A DNA stretch of 64,000 nucleotides from NCBI GenBank assembly GCA_963834385.1, contig CAWIBO010000005.1, forward strand, positions 1 through 64,000, given 5' to 3'. Each line of letters starts with the position of its first letter. The first letter of the stretch is position 1. The position numbers and the translations under genes are program-made. The notes under the pieces were generated by a model that saw only the letters and a program-made list of their open reading frames with translations, was not told where the DNA came from and ran no database searches. Shown one piece after another: positions 28,498 to 40,725 of the stretch. This DNA is from an uncultured Verrucomicrobiae bacterium (lineage in GTDB: Bacteria > Verrucomicrobiota > Verrucomicrobiia > Chthoniobacterales > UBA10450).

Positions 28498-29439
28498 TCA
28501 GCCTTCCGGGTCCGAATGGGTGATCTCGACGAAGACATCCTCGAGGGTGGCGCGGCGCTGGGTCAGCTCGCGCACCGACCAGCGGCGCTCCGTGGCGAGG
28601 CGGAAAAGAGTTTCGCGCAGGTCCACCCCCGCCTCCACGCGCAGGGTGAATTCCGTCCAGCCTTCCTCAACCGGCTGGGCTACGACGTCGCGGACGCCGG
28701 GCAGTTTCTTTAATTCCTCCACGCCGTGGTCGGTGCCGGTTTTGGCCTCGAGCACGGCGCTCCCGGCCTTGCGCATCTGGCCAAGCAAATTTTCCGGCGT
28801 GTCGCAGGCCTCGATGCGGCCGCGATTGATGATGATGACGCGCGAACAGGTCATCTCGACCTCGGGCAAAATGTGGGTGGAAAGGAGGATGGTGTGCTGT
28901 TTCCCAAGGTTCCGGATGAGGTCGCGCACCTGCCGGATCTGGTTGGGGTCGAGGCCGCTGGTCGGTTCGTCGAGGATAAGGAGGTCGGGCTCGTGGACGA
29001 GGGCATCGGCCAGGCCGACGCGCTGGCGGAACCCCTTGGAGAGCGCGCCGATGATCTTGCGTTCCACCTCGCGCAATCCGCAAAGTTCCTTCACATCGCC
29101 GACCCGCTCGCTGATGCGGCGGTGGGGCACGCCCTTGAGCGAGGCGCGATACTCGAGGTATTCGTCCACGCGCATGTCGTTGTAGAGCGGGACGTTCTCC
29201 GGCATGTAGCCGAGGTGCGCGCGGGCCTGGAGCGATTGCTCGAAGATGTCGAACCCGGCGATCGAGGCGCGCCCGGACGTGGGCGGCATGAAGCTGGAAA
29301 GGATGCGCATGGTCGTGCTCTTGCCCGCGCCGTTCGGGCCGAGGAAGCCCATGATCTCGCCTTTGCCGACCTCGAAGGTGAGATCCTGGATCGCGGTCTG
29401 GCCCGCGTAGCGTTTGGTAAGATTCTCAACCTTGATCAT
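28498..29439 (-). CDS. ABC transporter ATP-binding protein (GldA-like)
   Basis: GPNGAGKST, LSKGFRQR, LDEPTSGLDP. Confidence 0.93.
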   Translation of the reverse strand: MIKVENLTKRYAGQTAIQDLTFEVGKGEIMGFLGPNGAGKSTTMRILSSFMPPTSGRASIAGFDIFEQSLQARAHLGYMPENVPLYNDMRVDEYLEYRASLKGVPHRRISERVGDVKELCGLREVERKIIGALSKGFRQRVGLADALVHEPDLLILDEPTSGLDPNQIRQVRDLIRNLGKQHTILLSTHILPEVEMTCSRVIIINRGRIEACDTPENLLGQMRKAGSAVLEAKTGTDHGVEELKKLPGVRDVVAQPVEEGWTEFTLRVEAGVDLRETLFRLATERRWSVRELTQRRATLEDVFVEITHSDPEG

Positions 29440-29493
29440 GGGGTGAAGTCTGGTCTGACAACCGAGGGCGTCCGCGCGTTGCCGATTTTTTGC

Positions 29494-30642
29494 TCAGCGC
29501 GCGGTCAGGGTCACGGTGGCAACGCGCTGGTTCAGGCCATCGGCGCGGACAAGGCCAACGGTCACATCGACTTCGCTGCCGCGGCCGGCTTTGGCAAGCA
29601 CGGTTTCGATTTCCTGCACCGAAGTGACATCGAACTGACCGAGCCGATAGATGACCAGGCCGCGCTCGAGCCCGACTTCCGCGGCGGGGCTGCCCGGTTC
29701 CACCGCGGTGATAAGAACGCCCTGTTCCGGCAGGTAACCAAGGGCCGAGGCCAGCTCCGGGGTCAGGTTCTGAAGCTGGAGACCGAGCCGTTGTTCGGCC
29801 AGCGAAGCCGGCGCCGGTGTGCCCGGCTTCGGACGTTTCGAGGCGATCTTTTTAAATTCCTCGACGCGCTGGCGCACGGTTTCGGCCGGCACCGCAAAGC
29901 CGAGGCCCTGGGTGGGCACGCCCTGCGGGGTGAAAGCCATCTTGGCCGAGCTGACGCCGACGAGGGCGCCGTTCAGGTCGACCAGGGGACCGCCGCTGTT
30001 TCCCGGGTTAATGGCGGCATCGGTCTGGACGAGGTTTTTGTAGGTCACGCGGTCGATGGTGATGTCGCGCTTGATCCCGCTGAGGACGCCGCGGCTGATG
30101 GAGCTGCCGTAGCCGAGGGCGTTCCCAACCACGATGACCGTCTGGCCGAGCAGGCTGGGCGAGACATTGTTCAGGTCAACGAACGGGAGCGGTTTCGCGG
30201 CATCGATCTTGATCAGGGCGAGGTCGGTCTGGTCGTCGCCAGTGATGAAACGGGCGTTGTAGGTTTTCCCGTCGTCGGTGATGACCTCGATCTTGAGATC
30301 GGCCGCGCGTTCGACCACATGCTGGTTGGTCACGATGTGGCCGTCGGGATCAACGATGAAACCGGAGCCGATGCTTTGCAGTTTCTGGCGGACCTCGCGC
30401 GGGCGGCTTCGGTAATAATTGCCGAAGAACTGGGCGGAGAACTCCTCGAAGGGATCGCGGATCTGGCGGCGCACGACCCGCTCGGTGTTGATGTTGACCA
30501 CGGCGGGGAGGACCTTGGCCACCGCGAGGACGGCGGGTTCGCTGGCGGGATTTTCCTCCGCGCAGAGGATCGAAGCGCCGGCATTCAAGAGGGCGAGAAG
30601 GGCGGCGAGACAGGCGCGGCGGGTGAAAGGGAAAGCGAGCAT
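29494..30642 (-). CDS. HtrA/DegP-like serine protease with PDZ domain
   Basis: TNQHV, DLALIK, QTDAAINPGNSGGPL, C-terminal PDZ. Confidence 0.93.
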   Translation of the reverse strand: MLAFPFTRRACLAALLALLNAGASILCAEENPASEPAVLAVAKVLPAVVNINTERVVRRQIRDPFEEFSAQFFGNYYRSRPREVRQKLQSIGSGFIVDPDGHIVTNQHVVERAADLKIEVITDDGKTYNARFITGDDQTDLALIKIDAAKPLPFVDLNNVSPSLLGQTVIVVGNALGYGSSISRGVLSGIKRDITIDRVTYKNLVQTDAAINPGNSGGPLVDLNGALVGVSSAKMAFTPQGVPTQGLGFAVPAETVRQRVEEFKKIASKRPKPGTPAPASLAEQRLGLQLQNLTPELASALGYLPEQGVLITAVEPGSPAAEVGLERGLVIYRLGQFDVTSVQEIETVLAKAGRGSEVDVTVGLVRADGLNQRVATVTLTAR

Positions 30643-30727
30643 GGGAAGAGTGAGCGTTGCAAGTAACGGAGCGCCTTTCACACTGTCAACTTGCCCGGGG
30701 GGCCTTCGCCTTACAGATTGCGGGTGA

Positions 30728-33472
30728 ATGCACCCCTCTTTTGCGACGCGTCTCAACCTGGACGTCATCGAGGAAAACTACCGCCGCTGGCAAAAAAACC
30801 GGGAGTCGGTGGATTCCGGCTGGTCGGCTTTTTTCGAGGGATTCGAGCTGGGCGAGTTCGAGGGCCGGAACGGGGCGGGCAAGGCCGCGCCTTCCGGCGA
30901 GTTCCGGGAAGGGCCGCTCCAGACCCGGGTGGACGGGCTGGTCTACGCCTATCGCACCCTCGGCCACACGGTGGCGCGGGTGAACCCGCTGGCCGAAAAG
31001 CGGCCGCAGAACCCGCTCCTGACCCTGCGCGAGCTCGGGTTCAGCGAAAAGGATCTCGGGCTCCGGATTCGCTCCAAGTTCTTCCTCAACGGCGAGGAGA
31101 TGACCCTGCGCGAAATGCTCACCCAGCTCGAGAGCATTTATGCCGACACCATTGGCGCCGAGTTCCAGCACATCCAGAACACCCGCATCCGCAACTGGGT
31201 CCGGCACCGTTTGGAATCGCGGCTGACCCAGCCTGACGCCACGCGCGAGACGAAGATCGAGCTGCTGCGCGCGCTTCTGGAGGCGGAAACGTTCGAGGTT
31301 TTCCTCCATACCCGCTACGTGGGCCAGAAGCGTTTTTCCCTCCAGGGCGCGGAAGGTCTCATGGTCATTCTCGACCAGCTTTTGCGCCATTGCCCGCGGC
31401 AGGGCGTGGTGGAGATCTGCATGGGCATGGCCCACCGCGGCCGGTTGAACGTGCTCGCGAATTTTTTGCAGAAATCGCTCCGGGTGATCTTCACCGAGTT
31501 CAGCGAGAACTACGTGCCCGACCTGGTGGCTGGCGATGGCGACGTGAAATATCACCTCGGTTACCAGACGGTGCGCGAGCTTCCGTCGGGGGCGAAGGTG
31601 GAAATCCGGCTCTCGGCCAACCCGAGCCACCTCGAGGCGGTCAACCCGGTGGTGGAAGGAAACGCCCGGGCGCGCCAGCGCATCCGGCAGGACACGGAGG
31701 ATCGCCGTAAAGTGCTGCCGTTGCTGGTGCATGGCGACGCCGCCTTTGCCGGGCAGGGGATCGTGGCGGAAACGCTGAACATGTCGCAGCTGCCCGGTTA
31801 CTCGACCGGCGGGACGATTCACCTGGTGGTGAACAACCAGATCGGGTTTACCACCCTGCCGGAGGATGCGCGTTCCTCCATGTATTGCACCGACATCGCC
31901 AAGATGATCGAGGTGCCGATCCTGCACGTGAATGGCGAGGACCCGCGCGCGCTCAAGTTCGTCACCGAGCTGGCCCTCGATTTTCGGCAGGAATTCGGGC
32001 GCGACATCGTGATCGACATGTATTGCTACCGCAAATACGGGCACAACGAGGGGGACGAACCCGCTTTCACCCAGCCCGATCTCTATGCGCATATCCAGGA
32101 GCGGGCCTCGGCCGCCCAGCTTTATCGCCAGAAACTGATCGACACCGGCGCGCTCGGACCGGAGGAAGCGGCGGCGCTGGAGAAGGAGTTTACCGACCGG
32201 CTCGAGGCCGTTTTGGCCGAGGTGAAGTCGAACGAAAAACAGCGGGCCGACAAGCTGGCTCGGTTCATGGAATCAACCGCGGTTTTCCAGCCGAAATACC
32301 GTCCGGAATCGCCCGAGACCGCGATCACGCCGGAAATGCTCAAGCAACTGGTGGAGGGGCTCACGCGGGTGCCGCCCGATTTCAATGTGCAGCCCAAGGT
32401 CAAACGGACGGTGCTGGATCATCGGCGCGATGTGTTTGAGAAGGATGGCCTTTTCGAGTGGCATTATGCCGAGACGCTCGCGTTCGGCTCGCTTCTGCTC
32501 GAGGGCACGCCGGTGCGTCTTTCCGGGCAGGACAGCCGCCGGGGCACCTTCAGCACGCGGCACTCGTTCCTTTACGATGCGAAAACGGGAGCGCCTTATC
32601 TGCCGCTGATGCACCTCGCCGAGAAACAGGCGCGCATCTGCATTTATAACAGCCTGCTGTCTGAGGCGGCGGTGCTCGGTTTTGATTACGGGTACTCGCT
32701 CGATTATCCCGACCTGCTTTGCCTCTGGGAGGCGCAGTTCGGCGATTTCGTGAACGGGGCCCAGACGATCATCGACCAGTTCATCGTCTCGGCGGAATCG
32801 AAGTGGCAGCGGCCGAGCGGCATCGTCCTCCTGCTGCCGCACGGCTACGAGGGGCAGGGGCCGGAACATTCCAGCGGACGGCTCGAGCGGTTCCTCCAGC
32901 TCTGCGCCGAGGATAACATCCAGGTCTGCAATCTCAGCACCGCGGCCCAGTATTTTCACGTCCTGCGCCGGCAGGTGAAACGCGATTTCGTCAAGCCACT
33001 GGTGATCATGACGCCGAAGAGCCTGCTTCGGGCCGATTTTGCCTCGTCGCCCGCCGCCGCTTTTACCGGCGACAAGTTTCACGAAATTCTGCCGGAAACG
33101 GAGAAGCTGAAAAAGGTGGATCGCGTTATCCTCTGCTCGGGCAAAGTCTTCTACGATCTCGTGGGGCACCGCGCGAAGAAGAAGATCGGGAACGCGGCCG
33201 TGGTCCGGGTGGAACAGTTGTATCCCCTCGCGGAGGAACAGTTGCGCGAGGCCGTCGAGGCGTTCCCGAAACGCGCCGTGCTCGTCTGGTGCCAGGAGGA
33301 ACCGCAGAACATGGGCGCGTGGACCTTTATGGAGCCGCGGCTCCGCAAGCTGTTCGGGCGGGAGATCCGGTATGCCGGGCGGGACGCCGGGGCCAGCCCC
33401 GCGGTGGGGGCGACCGCCGTGCACAAGCGCGAGCAGGCCTGCGTGATCAACGAGGCGTTCACCGTCGCCTGA
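30728..33472 (+). CDS. sucA: 2-oxoglutarate dehydrogenase E1
   Basis: GMAHRGRLN, HGDAAFAGQG, WEAQFGDF, PHGYEGQGPEHSS. Confidence 0.98.
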   Translation: MHPSFATRLNLDVIEENYRRWQKNRESVDSGWSAFFEGFELGEFEGRNGAGKAAPSGEFREGPLQTRVDGLVYAYRTLGHTVARVNPLAEKRPQNPLLTLRELGFSEKDLGLRIRSKFFLNGEEMTLREMLTQLESIYADTIGAEFQHIQNTRIRNWVRHRLESRLTQPDATRETKIELLRALLEAETFEVFLHTRYVGQKRFSLQGAEGLMVILDQLLRHCPRQGVVEICMGMAHRGRLNVLANFLQKSLRVIFTEFSENYVPDLVAGDGDVKYHLGYQTVRELPSGAKVEIRLSANPSHLEAVNPVVEGNARARQRIRQDTEDRRKVLPLLVHGDAAFAGQGIVAETLNMSQLPGYSTGGTIHLVVNNQIGFTTLPEDARSSMYCTDIAKMIEVPILHVNGEDPRALKFVTELALDFRQEFGRDIVIDMYCYRKYGHNEGDEPAFTQPDLYAHIQERASAAQLYRQKLIDTGALGPEEAAALEKEFTDRLEAVLAEVKSNEKQRADKLARFMESTAVFQPKYRPESPETAITPEMLKQLVEGLTRVPPDFNVQPKVKRTVLDHRRDVFEKDGLFEWHYAETLAFGSLLLEGTPVRLSGQDSRRGTFSTRHSFLYDAKTGAPYLPLMHLAEKQARICIYNSLLSEAAVLGFDYGYSLDYPDLLCLWEAQFGDFVNGAQTIIDQFIVSAESKWQRPSGIVLLLPHGYEGQGPEHSSGRLERFLQLCAEDNIQVCNLSTAAQYFHVLRRQVKRDFVKPLVIMTPKSLLRADFASSPAAAFTGDKFHEILPETEKLKKVDRVILCSGKVFYDLVGHRAKKKIGNAAVVRVEQLYPLAEEQLREAVEAFPKRAVLVWCQEEPQNMGAWTFMEPRLRKLFGREIRYAGRDAGASPAVGATAVHKREQACVINEAFTVA

Positions 33473-33567
33473 TTGCGCGCCGCGCCGCGCGGTGACCGGG
33501 CCGCTCTGGGCCGATTTCGCTAAATTTGTCGACCAGCTCTGCGACATACGCTTAGTTACGCCAGCCC

Positions 33568-34818
33568 ATGAGCCTTGAAGTCAAAATCCCGCCTGTTGGC
33601 GAATCCATCTCCAGCGGCATCGTTTCCGTCTGGCACAAGAAATCCGGGGAATATGTCAAGGCGGGGGAAGCGCTCTTCACCCTCGAGACCGACAAGGTCT
33701 CGACGGAGATCGTGGCGGAGAAAGCCGGGATCCTGACCACGGAGGTCACGGAAGGCCAGGAGGTCAAGATTGGCGAAGTGGTCGCGACCATCGACGACTC
33801 AGCCGCGGCGCCCGCGGCGGACAAGGCGGCGGACACCACGGAGGGAACAACGAAGCAGGACGTGAAGGAGAAACCCGATCCCAACCGGGCGGCCGCGCCC
33901 AAGGCGGGTGAAAAGAAGTCGGGCGGGGCGGAGGTGGCGTCACCGGCGGTGCGGCGCATCGCGGAAGAGGAAGGCCTCGATCTGCAGGCGATCACCGGCA
34001 GCGGCAAGGGGGGACGCGTGACCAAGGGGGACGCCCTGGCCGCGGCCAGAAACCGGGGAGCGGCCGAGACACCCGCGCCGGAGCCGGAGGAAAACGGCGC
34101 GGAGGAAACGCCCGCCGACGGGCGGTTCACCCGGCGGAAGATGTCGCCGTTGCGCCGCAAGATCGCGGCCCAGCTCGTCATGGCCCAGCAGACGGCGGCC
34201 ATCCTGACGACGTTCAACGAGTGCGACATGAGCGCGGTGCAGAAGCTGCGCAAGGAGAAGCAGGAGGCGTTCACCGGGAAACACGGGCTGAAACTTGGGT
34301 TCATGTCCTTTTTCATCAAGGCGGCGGTGGCGGCGTTGCAGGAGGTGCCTGCGCTCAACGGCCGGATCGAAGGCGACGATTTCATCCATAACAATTTTTT
34401 CGACATCGGCGTGGCCGTCGGGACCGAGCGCGGCCTGGTGGTGCCGGTGATTCGCAACGCGGAAAAGAAATCCTTTGCCGATCTCGAGCGCGACATCGTG
34501 GAGTTCGCGGCGAAAGCGCGCGAGGGGAAGATCAAGATCGAGGATTTGCAGGGGGGCACCTTCACCATCTCCAACGGGGGCGTCTACGGTTCGCTCCTGA
34601 GCACGCCCATTCTGAATCCGCCGCAGAGCGGGATCCTGGGGATGCACAAGATCATGGACCGGGCCGTGGTCATCGACGGCAAAGTGGAGGCGCGCCCGAT
34701 GATGTATCTGGCGCTGAGCTACGATCACCGGGCGGTCGACGGCAAGGAAGCGGTCACGTTCCTGATCAAGGTGAAGGAAGCGATCGAGAACCCGGGGCAG
34801 CTCGGCCTGGAGGCCTGA
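33568..34818 (+). CDS. sucB: Dihydrolipoamide succinyltransferase E2
   Basis: Lipoyl ETDKV, E3-binding GSGKGGRVTK, catalytic DHRAVDG. Confidence 0.97.
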   Translation: MSLEVKIPPVGESISSGIVSVWHKKSGEYVKAGEALFTLETDKVSTEIVAEKAGILTTEVTEGQEVKIGEVVATIDDSAAAPAADKAADTTEGTTKQDVKEKPDPNRAAAPKAGEKKSGGAEVASPAVRRIAEEEGLDLQAITGSGKGGRVTKGDALAAARNRGAAETPAPEPEENGAEETPADGRFTRRKMSPLRRKIAAQLVMAQQTAAILTTFNECDMSAVQKLRKEKQEAFTGKHGLKLGFMSFFIKAAVAALQEVPALNGRIEGDDFIHNNFFDIGVAVGTERGLVVPVIRNAEKKSFADLERDIVEFAAKAREGKIKIEDLQGGTFTISNGGVYGSLLSTPILNPPQSGILGMHKIMDRAVVIDGKVEARPMMYLALSYDHRAVDGKEAVTFLIKVKEAIENPGQLGLEA

Positions 34819-34879
34819 GAGGGCCGGCTCGGCGCGAGCAGGCCCGGCCGGGAGCCCGGCTGCGACACATTTTAATCTT

Positions 34880-36290
<1,411 letters not shown>

Positions 36291-36297
36291 GCTGCTT

Positions 36298-37056
36298 CTA
36301 GATTGAAGCCGGACCCGGTGCGAGACCCTGATCGGGGCCGGGCGCCGGCGTTTCCGTCGGGGGCGGGGCGGCCTTTTTCATCGAGGCCGCGGCGGACCGG
36401 CGCGAGACCGCGACTTTCCGCCGTTTGCGCCGGCGGCGGGGCACGGCTTTCAGCCGTTCGCTCCGTTCCTTGAACCGGGCGGGCGCATAATCAAATTTCG
36501 GTTCCCAATCGCCCACGCCGCCGTCGAGCAGGCCAAAAAGATGCCAGACACAGTTGAACGGATCGAAAGGGCCGAAGGAGGCGTGGGCCACGCGGTAGAT
36601 TTTGCGGCCCTCCTTCACGAAGGTGGAAACTCCCGGCTGCGGTTCCTTGCGCGAACCAAAGCCCATGCGCTCGATGAAATCCGTGCCCTGCCCGGAAACC
36701 ATGGGGAACTTCCAGCCGCGCTGGGCGGCGAAACGTTTTTGCGTGCCGGGCGAGTCGTGGGAGATGACGGCGAAAGCCGCGCGGTCGGCCAGGTGGAAAT
36801 AGACGCCATTGAAACCATCGGCCCAAAGGGTGCAATAAGGGCAATGCCGGCCCATGTTATGGATGAGTATGAGATCGCGCTTGGAGCCGAAAAGAGCGGA
36901 GAGCTTCACCGTGCCGCCGGCGGTGCCCAGGGCAACGTCTTCCACCGCTTCACGGGGCCCGCTGCGGCGCGCCTTGGCCAGATCTTTCTGTCGCTTGGCG
37001 GCCTTTTCTTCGCGGCGCGCCATTTTTTTCGCGTGAGACTTTGCCTTGTTCTTCAT
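36298..37056 (-). CDS. DUF899 family thioredoxin-like protein
   Basis: V.LS.LFG.K.DL, CPYC.LWADG, FA..RGW.FP. Confidence 0.85.
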   Translation of the reverse strand: MKNKAKSHAKKMARREEKAAKRQKDLAKARRSGPREAVEDVALGTAGGTVKLSALFGSKRDLILIHNMGRHCPYCTLWADGFNGVYFHLADRAAFAVISHDSPGTQKRFAAQRGWKFPMVSGQGTDFIERMGFGSRKEPQPGVSTFVKEGRKIYRVAHASFGPFDPFNCVWHLFGLLDGGVGDWEPKFDYAPARFKERSERLKAVPRRRRKRRKVAVSRRSAAASMKKAAPPPTETPAPGPDQGLAPGPASI

Positions 37057-37140
37057 AAGGAGGAAGATAAGCGTAGACCCGTCGTCAAGGCGGCGGCAAT
37101 GGCCAAAGTCGCCGGCGGGGGCGGGCCGCTGGGCCGGACC

Positions 37141-37680
37141 ATGAGTACCATCGCGGCCATTCTCCTGCGCAAACGCAAGCTGAGCGACACCAGCCTGATT
37201 GTGCACTGGTGCACCGATTCGCTCGGGGTGATCCAGACCGTGGCCCGCGGCGCGCGCCGCCCGAAGAGCCCGTTCGCGGGCAAGCTCGATCTTTTTTATG
37301 AGGCGGAAATCTCGATCCGGCTCAGCCGCCGGACCAACCTGCACACCCTGGCCGAGGCGGTCCTGCGGAATCCGTTTGCCGGCATTCGCGAGAGTTATGA
37401 GCGGACCCGGGCGGCCTCGTATTTCGTGGAACTGATCGAGCTGTGCACGGAAACCGACCATCGCGAGCCGGGACTCTTCGAGTTGCTGCAACGGGCACTC
37501 GGGTTCCTGGATAAGAACGAGCCAAACCGGCGTGCCCTGCTTCATTTTGAACGGGAACTGGCCCGGCTGGCCGGCGTGCACGACGAACGGGTGCTCCGGG
37601 GCGACCCGGCCGGGGCGTTGCGCGACCTCTTCGGGCGGCTGCCAAAATCGAGGGGCGATCTTCTGGCAGAGAAGAAGTAA
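37141..37680 (+). CDS. recO: DNA repair protein RecO
   Basis: AILLRKR.LSDTSLIV, ARGARRPKS.FAGKLDLF, A.YFVEL. Confidence 0.9.
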   Translation: MSTIAAILLRKRKLSDTSLIVHWCTDSLGVIQTVARGARRPKSPFAGKLDLFYEAEISIRLSRRTNLHTLAEAVLRNPFAGIRESYERTRAASYFVELIELCTETDHREPGLFELLQRALGFLDKNEPNRRALLHFERELARLAGVHDERVLRGDPAGALRDLFGRLPKSRGDLLAEKK

Positions 37681-37689
37681 GGGGACGAC

Positions 37690-38172
37690 CTACAGCTTCA
37701 GTTTCTGCCGGATCTCCCGGGCGATGGCGTCCGGGGCGGCGGCGATGCTGACGGTCACGGCCTGCGCCGGTTCCTCCAGCAGGTCGAACTGGCTTTGCAG
37801 GAGGCCGGGATTCATGAAATGGCCGCGCCGCTTGCGCAGCCGCGCCTGCACCAGGTCGAAATCCCCCTGGAGATGGACAAATTCCACGGCCGGCCCGGCC
37901 CGGAGCTGCTCGCGGTGACTCTTCTTCAGGGCGGAACAGGCCAGGACAACGTTTCGTTGCTGCGCCAGCCAGTCGACGATCGCCGCGTGCAGGGCGCGCA
38001 GCCATTGCGCGCGGTCGGTTTCATCGAGCGGTTCGCCCCGCGCCATCTTCTCGCGGCTGGCCGCAGAATGAAAATCATCGGCATCGATAAAGCTCCAGCC
38101 GAGCTCCTCGGCCAGGAGCAAGCCGACGGTGGTTTTGCCGGTGCCGGAAACGCCCATGAGGATGATGACCAC
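37690..38172 (-). CDS. gntK: Gluconokinase
   Basis: MGVSGTGKT, DADDFH, ACSALK, HFM...LLQSQF. Confidence 0.95.
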   Translation of the reverse strand: MVIILMGVSGTGKTTVGLLLAEELGWSFIDADDFHSAASREKMARGEPLDETDRAQWLRALHAAIVDWLAQQRNVVLACSALKKSHREQLRAGPAVEFVHLQGDFDLVQARLRKRRGHFMNPGLLQSQFDLLEEPAQAVTVSIAAAPDAIAREIRQKLKL

Positions 38173-38272
38173 GCCCGGACCATCGCGCCGGATCGAGGCC
38201 AGTCATGTTTTCATTCTCTTTTTCCGCGTCGCGACCCTGTGCGCGGCGACGCTGCCCGGTATATATGAGGTC

Positions 38273-38966
38273 ATGGAAGTGGTTCCTCTTGGCGACCTGG
38301 CCCTGCTCGTTCGCCTTGAAGCCAGTTTCCCGGATGATCCGGAACAGGCGCTGGCCGAATCTCTCGGCGTCGTGAGCGCCTTGCGCGAGGCCCGGATCCC
38401 GGGCGTGATCGATATCGTCCCGGGCTTCGAGAGCGTGGGCATTTGTTGTGATCCCCGGCTGATTGTTTCGGCGCGGGACCGGTCGAGCGTGTTTGCGCGG
38501 GTGCGCGATCTCCTGGCGAAACAGGATGCGCCCTGGCCGTCGCCGCCCGGCCGGGAGGTGGAAGATCCCGGTTTGTTACGAGGCGGATTTGGGCCCGGAC
38601 CTGCCGGTGGTGGCCGGGCGGAGCGGATTGTCGATCGAGCAGGTGATCGAGCGGCATGCCGGCGCGATCTATCGGGTGCATTGTCTCGGGTTCACCCCGG
38701 GGTTTCCTTTCCTTGGCGGATTGCCTCCTGAGCTGGCGACTCCGCGGCGGGCCGAGCCCCGGCGGGCAGTGCCGGCGGGCTCGGTCGGGATCGGGGGCAG
38801 CCAGACCGGGATTTATCCCATCGCATCGCCCGGCGGCTGGAACCTGATTGGCCGAACACCGCTGCGTTTGTTCGAGGCGGACGCGCCTGAGCCGGCGCGT
38901 TTGCGTCCGGGCGACCGCGTGCGGTTCCGCCGCATCTCGCTCACCGAATTCCAGGAGCACGCATGA
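38273..38966 (+). CDS. pxpB: 5-oxoprolinase subunit B (frameshift near 38562)
   Basis: [32 protein letters not shown]. Confidence 0.88.
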
Positions 38967-39922
38967 GCGGCCTCGCGATCACGCGTTGCGGCGGCGTCGC
39001 CATGGTGCAGGATGGCGGCCGGCCCGGTTACCGGCACCTGGGTGTGCCGGCCGGCGGCGCGCTGGATGAGTTCGCCGCGCGCGTGGCGAATATCCTCGTC
39101 GGGAACGAACCGGAAGCCGCCGTGCTCGAGACAACCTTTGGTTCCCTCACCGTGCGTTTCGAGGATGAACGCGTGGTGGCTTGGTGCGGAGGGGCTTTTG
39201 CCGTGCGGCACCAGGGCCGCCTGATCGAGGCGGGACGCGCGGTCCGTGTCTCCGCGGGCGACGAGGTCGCGGTCGGTCTCCCCGACGCCGGCTGCCGGCT
39301 CTGGCTCGCGGTCAGCGGAGGGATTGCGGTGCCGCCCGTCCTGGGCAGCCGGAGCACGGATCTGCGCGGTGGATTTGGCGGCCACGAAGGCCGGATCCTG
39401 CGCCGCGACGACCGTTTGCCGCTCGGCCCGCCGGGCTCTGCCCGTTCTGACGGGATGCGTCCGGGGCAGGGTCCGGCGCGACCCTGGGTCGCACCGACGC
39501 TGATGCGACCGCGCTTGCGCTGTGTGCGCGGGGTGGACTGGGAAGAGTTCAACGGTCCCTTCTTCGGGCGGGCGGGCCGGGTCTCCTCCGAGGCTGATCG
39601 GATGGGAATGCGCCTGGAAGGCCTCGAGGTGGCCCGCCGGCGCGAAGACGATCTTCTTTCCAAGGCGCTGGTGCCGGGAACAGTGCAGGTGTTGCCCGGT
39701 GGCGACCCGATTCTGCTGTTAAGCGATTGCCAGACGATCGGGGGGTATCCGCAACTGGCGCACGTCGTCTCGGTGGATCTGCCGGTGGCCGCGCAGCTGC
39801 GGCCGGGCGACGAAGTGGTCTTCGAGGAAATTTCGCGCGCGTCCGCGCAGGAGATGCTGCTGGAACGTGAGCGCGCCCTGCAAAAGTTTCGCGTGGGCCT
39901 GAGGCTGGCCGGGTCGCCATGA
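38963..39922 (+). CDS. pxpC: 5-oxoprolinase subunit C
   Basis: [28 protein letters not shown]. Confidence 0.9.
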   Translation: MSGLAITRCGGVAMVQDGGRPGYRHLGVPAGGALDEFAARVANILVGNEPEAAVLETTFGSLTVRFEDERVVAWCGGAFAVRHQGRLIEAGRAVRVSAGDEVAVGLPDAGCRLWLAVSGGIAVPPVLGSRSTDLRGGFGGHEGRILRRDDRLPLGPPGSARSDGMRPGQGPARPWVAPTLMRPRLRCVRGVDWEEFNGPFFGRAGRVSSEADRMGMRLEGLEVARRREDDLLSKALVPGTVQVLPGGDPILLLSDCQTIGGYPQLAHVVSVDLPVAAQLRPGDEVVFEEISRASAQEMLLERERALQKFRVGLRLAGSP

Positions 39923-40689
39923 AAGCGCGGATCGACCTGAATGCCGACCTGGGCGAGGGGATGGGCCACGACGGCGAGCTGCTCCGGCTCGTTTCCTCGG
40001 CCAACATCGCCACGGGCGCCCACGCGGGCGATCCCGAGATCGCGGCCCGGACCATCCGCGAAGCCATGGCGCGGAACGTGGCCGTGGGAGCGCATCCCGG
40101 GTTCGCGGACCGCGAGAATTTTGGGCGGGTGGAGCTGGCACTGTCGCCGGTCGAGATCATCCGCCTGGTCACGGAACAACTGGCGGGCTTTTGCCGTCTG
40201 GCGGCCTCGCTCGGCGCGCGGGTGAATCATCTGAAGCCGCATGGCGCGCTCTACAACATGGCGGCGCGCGACCCGGCGGTGGCGCGCGCGGTAGCGGCGG
40301 CGACGGCCGCGGTGGACGCGAGCCTGATCGTCTTTGCCCCGGTGCGGAGCCCGCTCGCGCAGGCGGCGGCGGAAGCCGGGCTGGCCGTTGCGCGCGAGGT
40401 GTTTGCCGACCGCAATTACCTTGGAAACGGGGAGCTGGTGCCGCGCACGCGACCGGAAGCCCTGTTGCACGATGCCGGCGAAGCCGCGCAACGCGTTTTG
40501 CGGATGCTGCGGGAGGGCCGGGTGACGGCGATTGACGGCACGGAGGTGGCGGTGGAGGCGGAAACGGTCTGCGTCCATGGCGATACGCCGGACGCGGTCG
40601 CGTTTGCCGGGGAACTCCGCCGGCTGCTTGCGGAAGGTGGCGTGGTGGTCGAGCCGCCACTCCACGGCTCCGCCCGAGCGGAAGCTTGA
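39919..40689 (+). CDS. pxpA: 5-oxoprolinase subunit A (LamB/YcsF)
   Basis: IDLNADLGE, GAHPGF.D, HLKPHGALYN, CVHGDT. Confidence 0.95.
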   Translation: MKARIDLNADLGEGMGHDGELLRLVSSANIATGAHAGDPEIAARTIREAMARNVAVGAHPGFADRENFGRVELALSPVEIIRLVTEQLAGFCRLAASLGARVNHLKPHGALYNMAARDPAVARAVAAATAAVDASLIVFAPVRSPLAQAAAEAGLAVAREVFADRNYLGNGELVPRTRPEALLHDAGEAAQRVLRMLREGRVTAIDGTEVAVEAETVCVHGDTPDAVAFAGELRRLLAEGGVVVEPPLHGSARAEA

Positions 40690-40725
40690 CGGATTGTTTT
40701 TGAAACGACACCAAGAAGCAGCCGG

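Noticed and set aside
24395..29439. Gliding motility system
   Set aside because: GldAFG-like/DUF4340 ABC clusters are widespread, and no T9SS or motor genes are present
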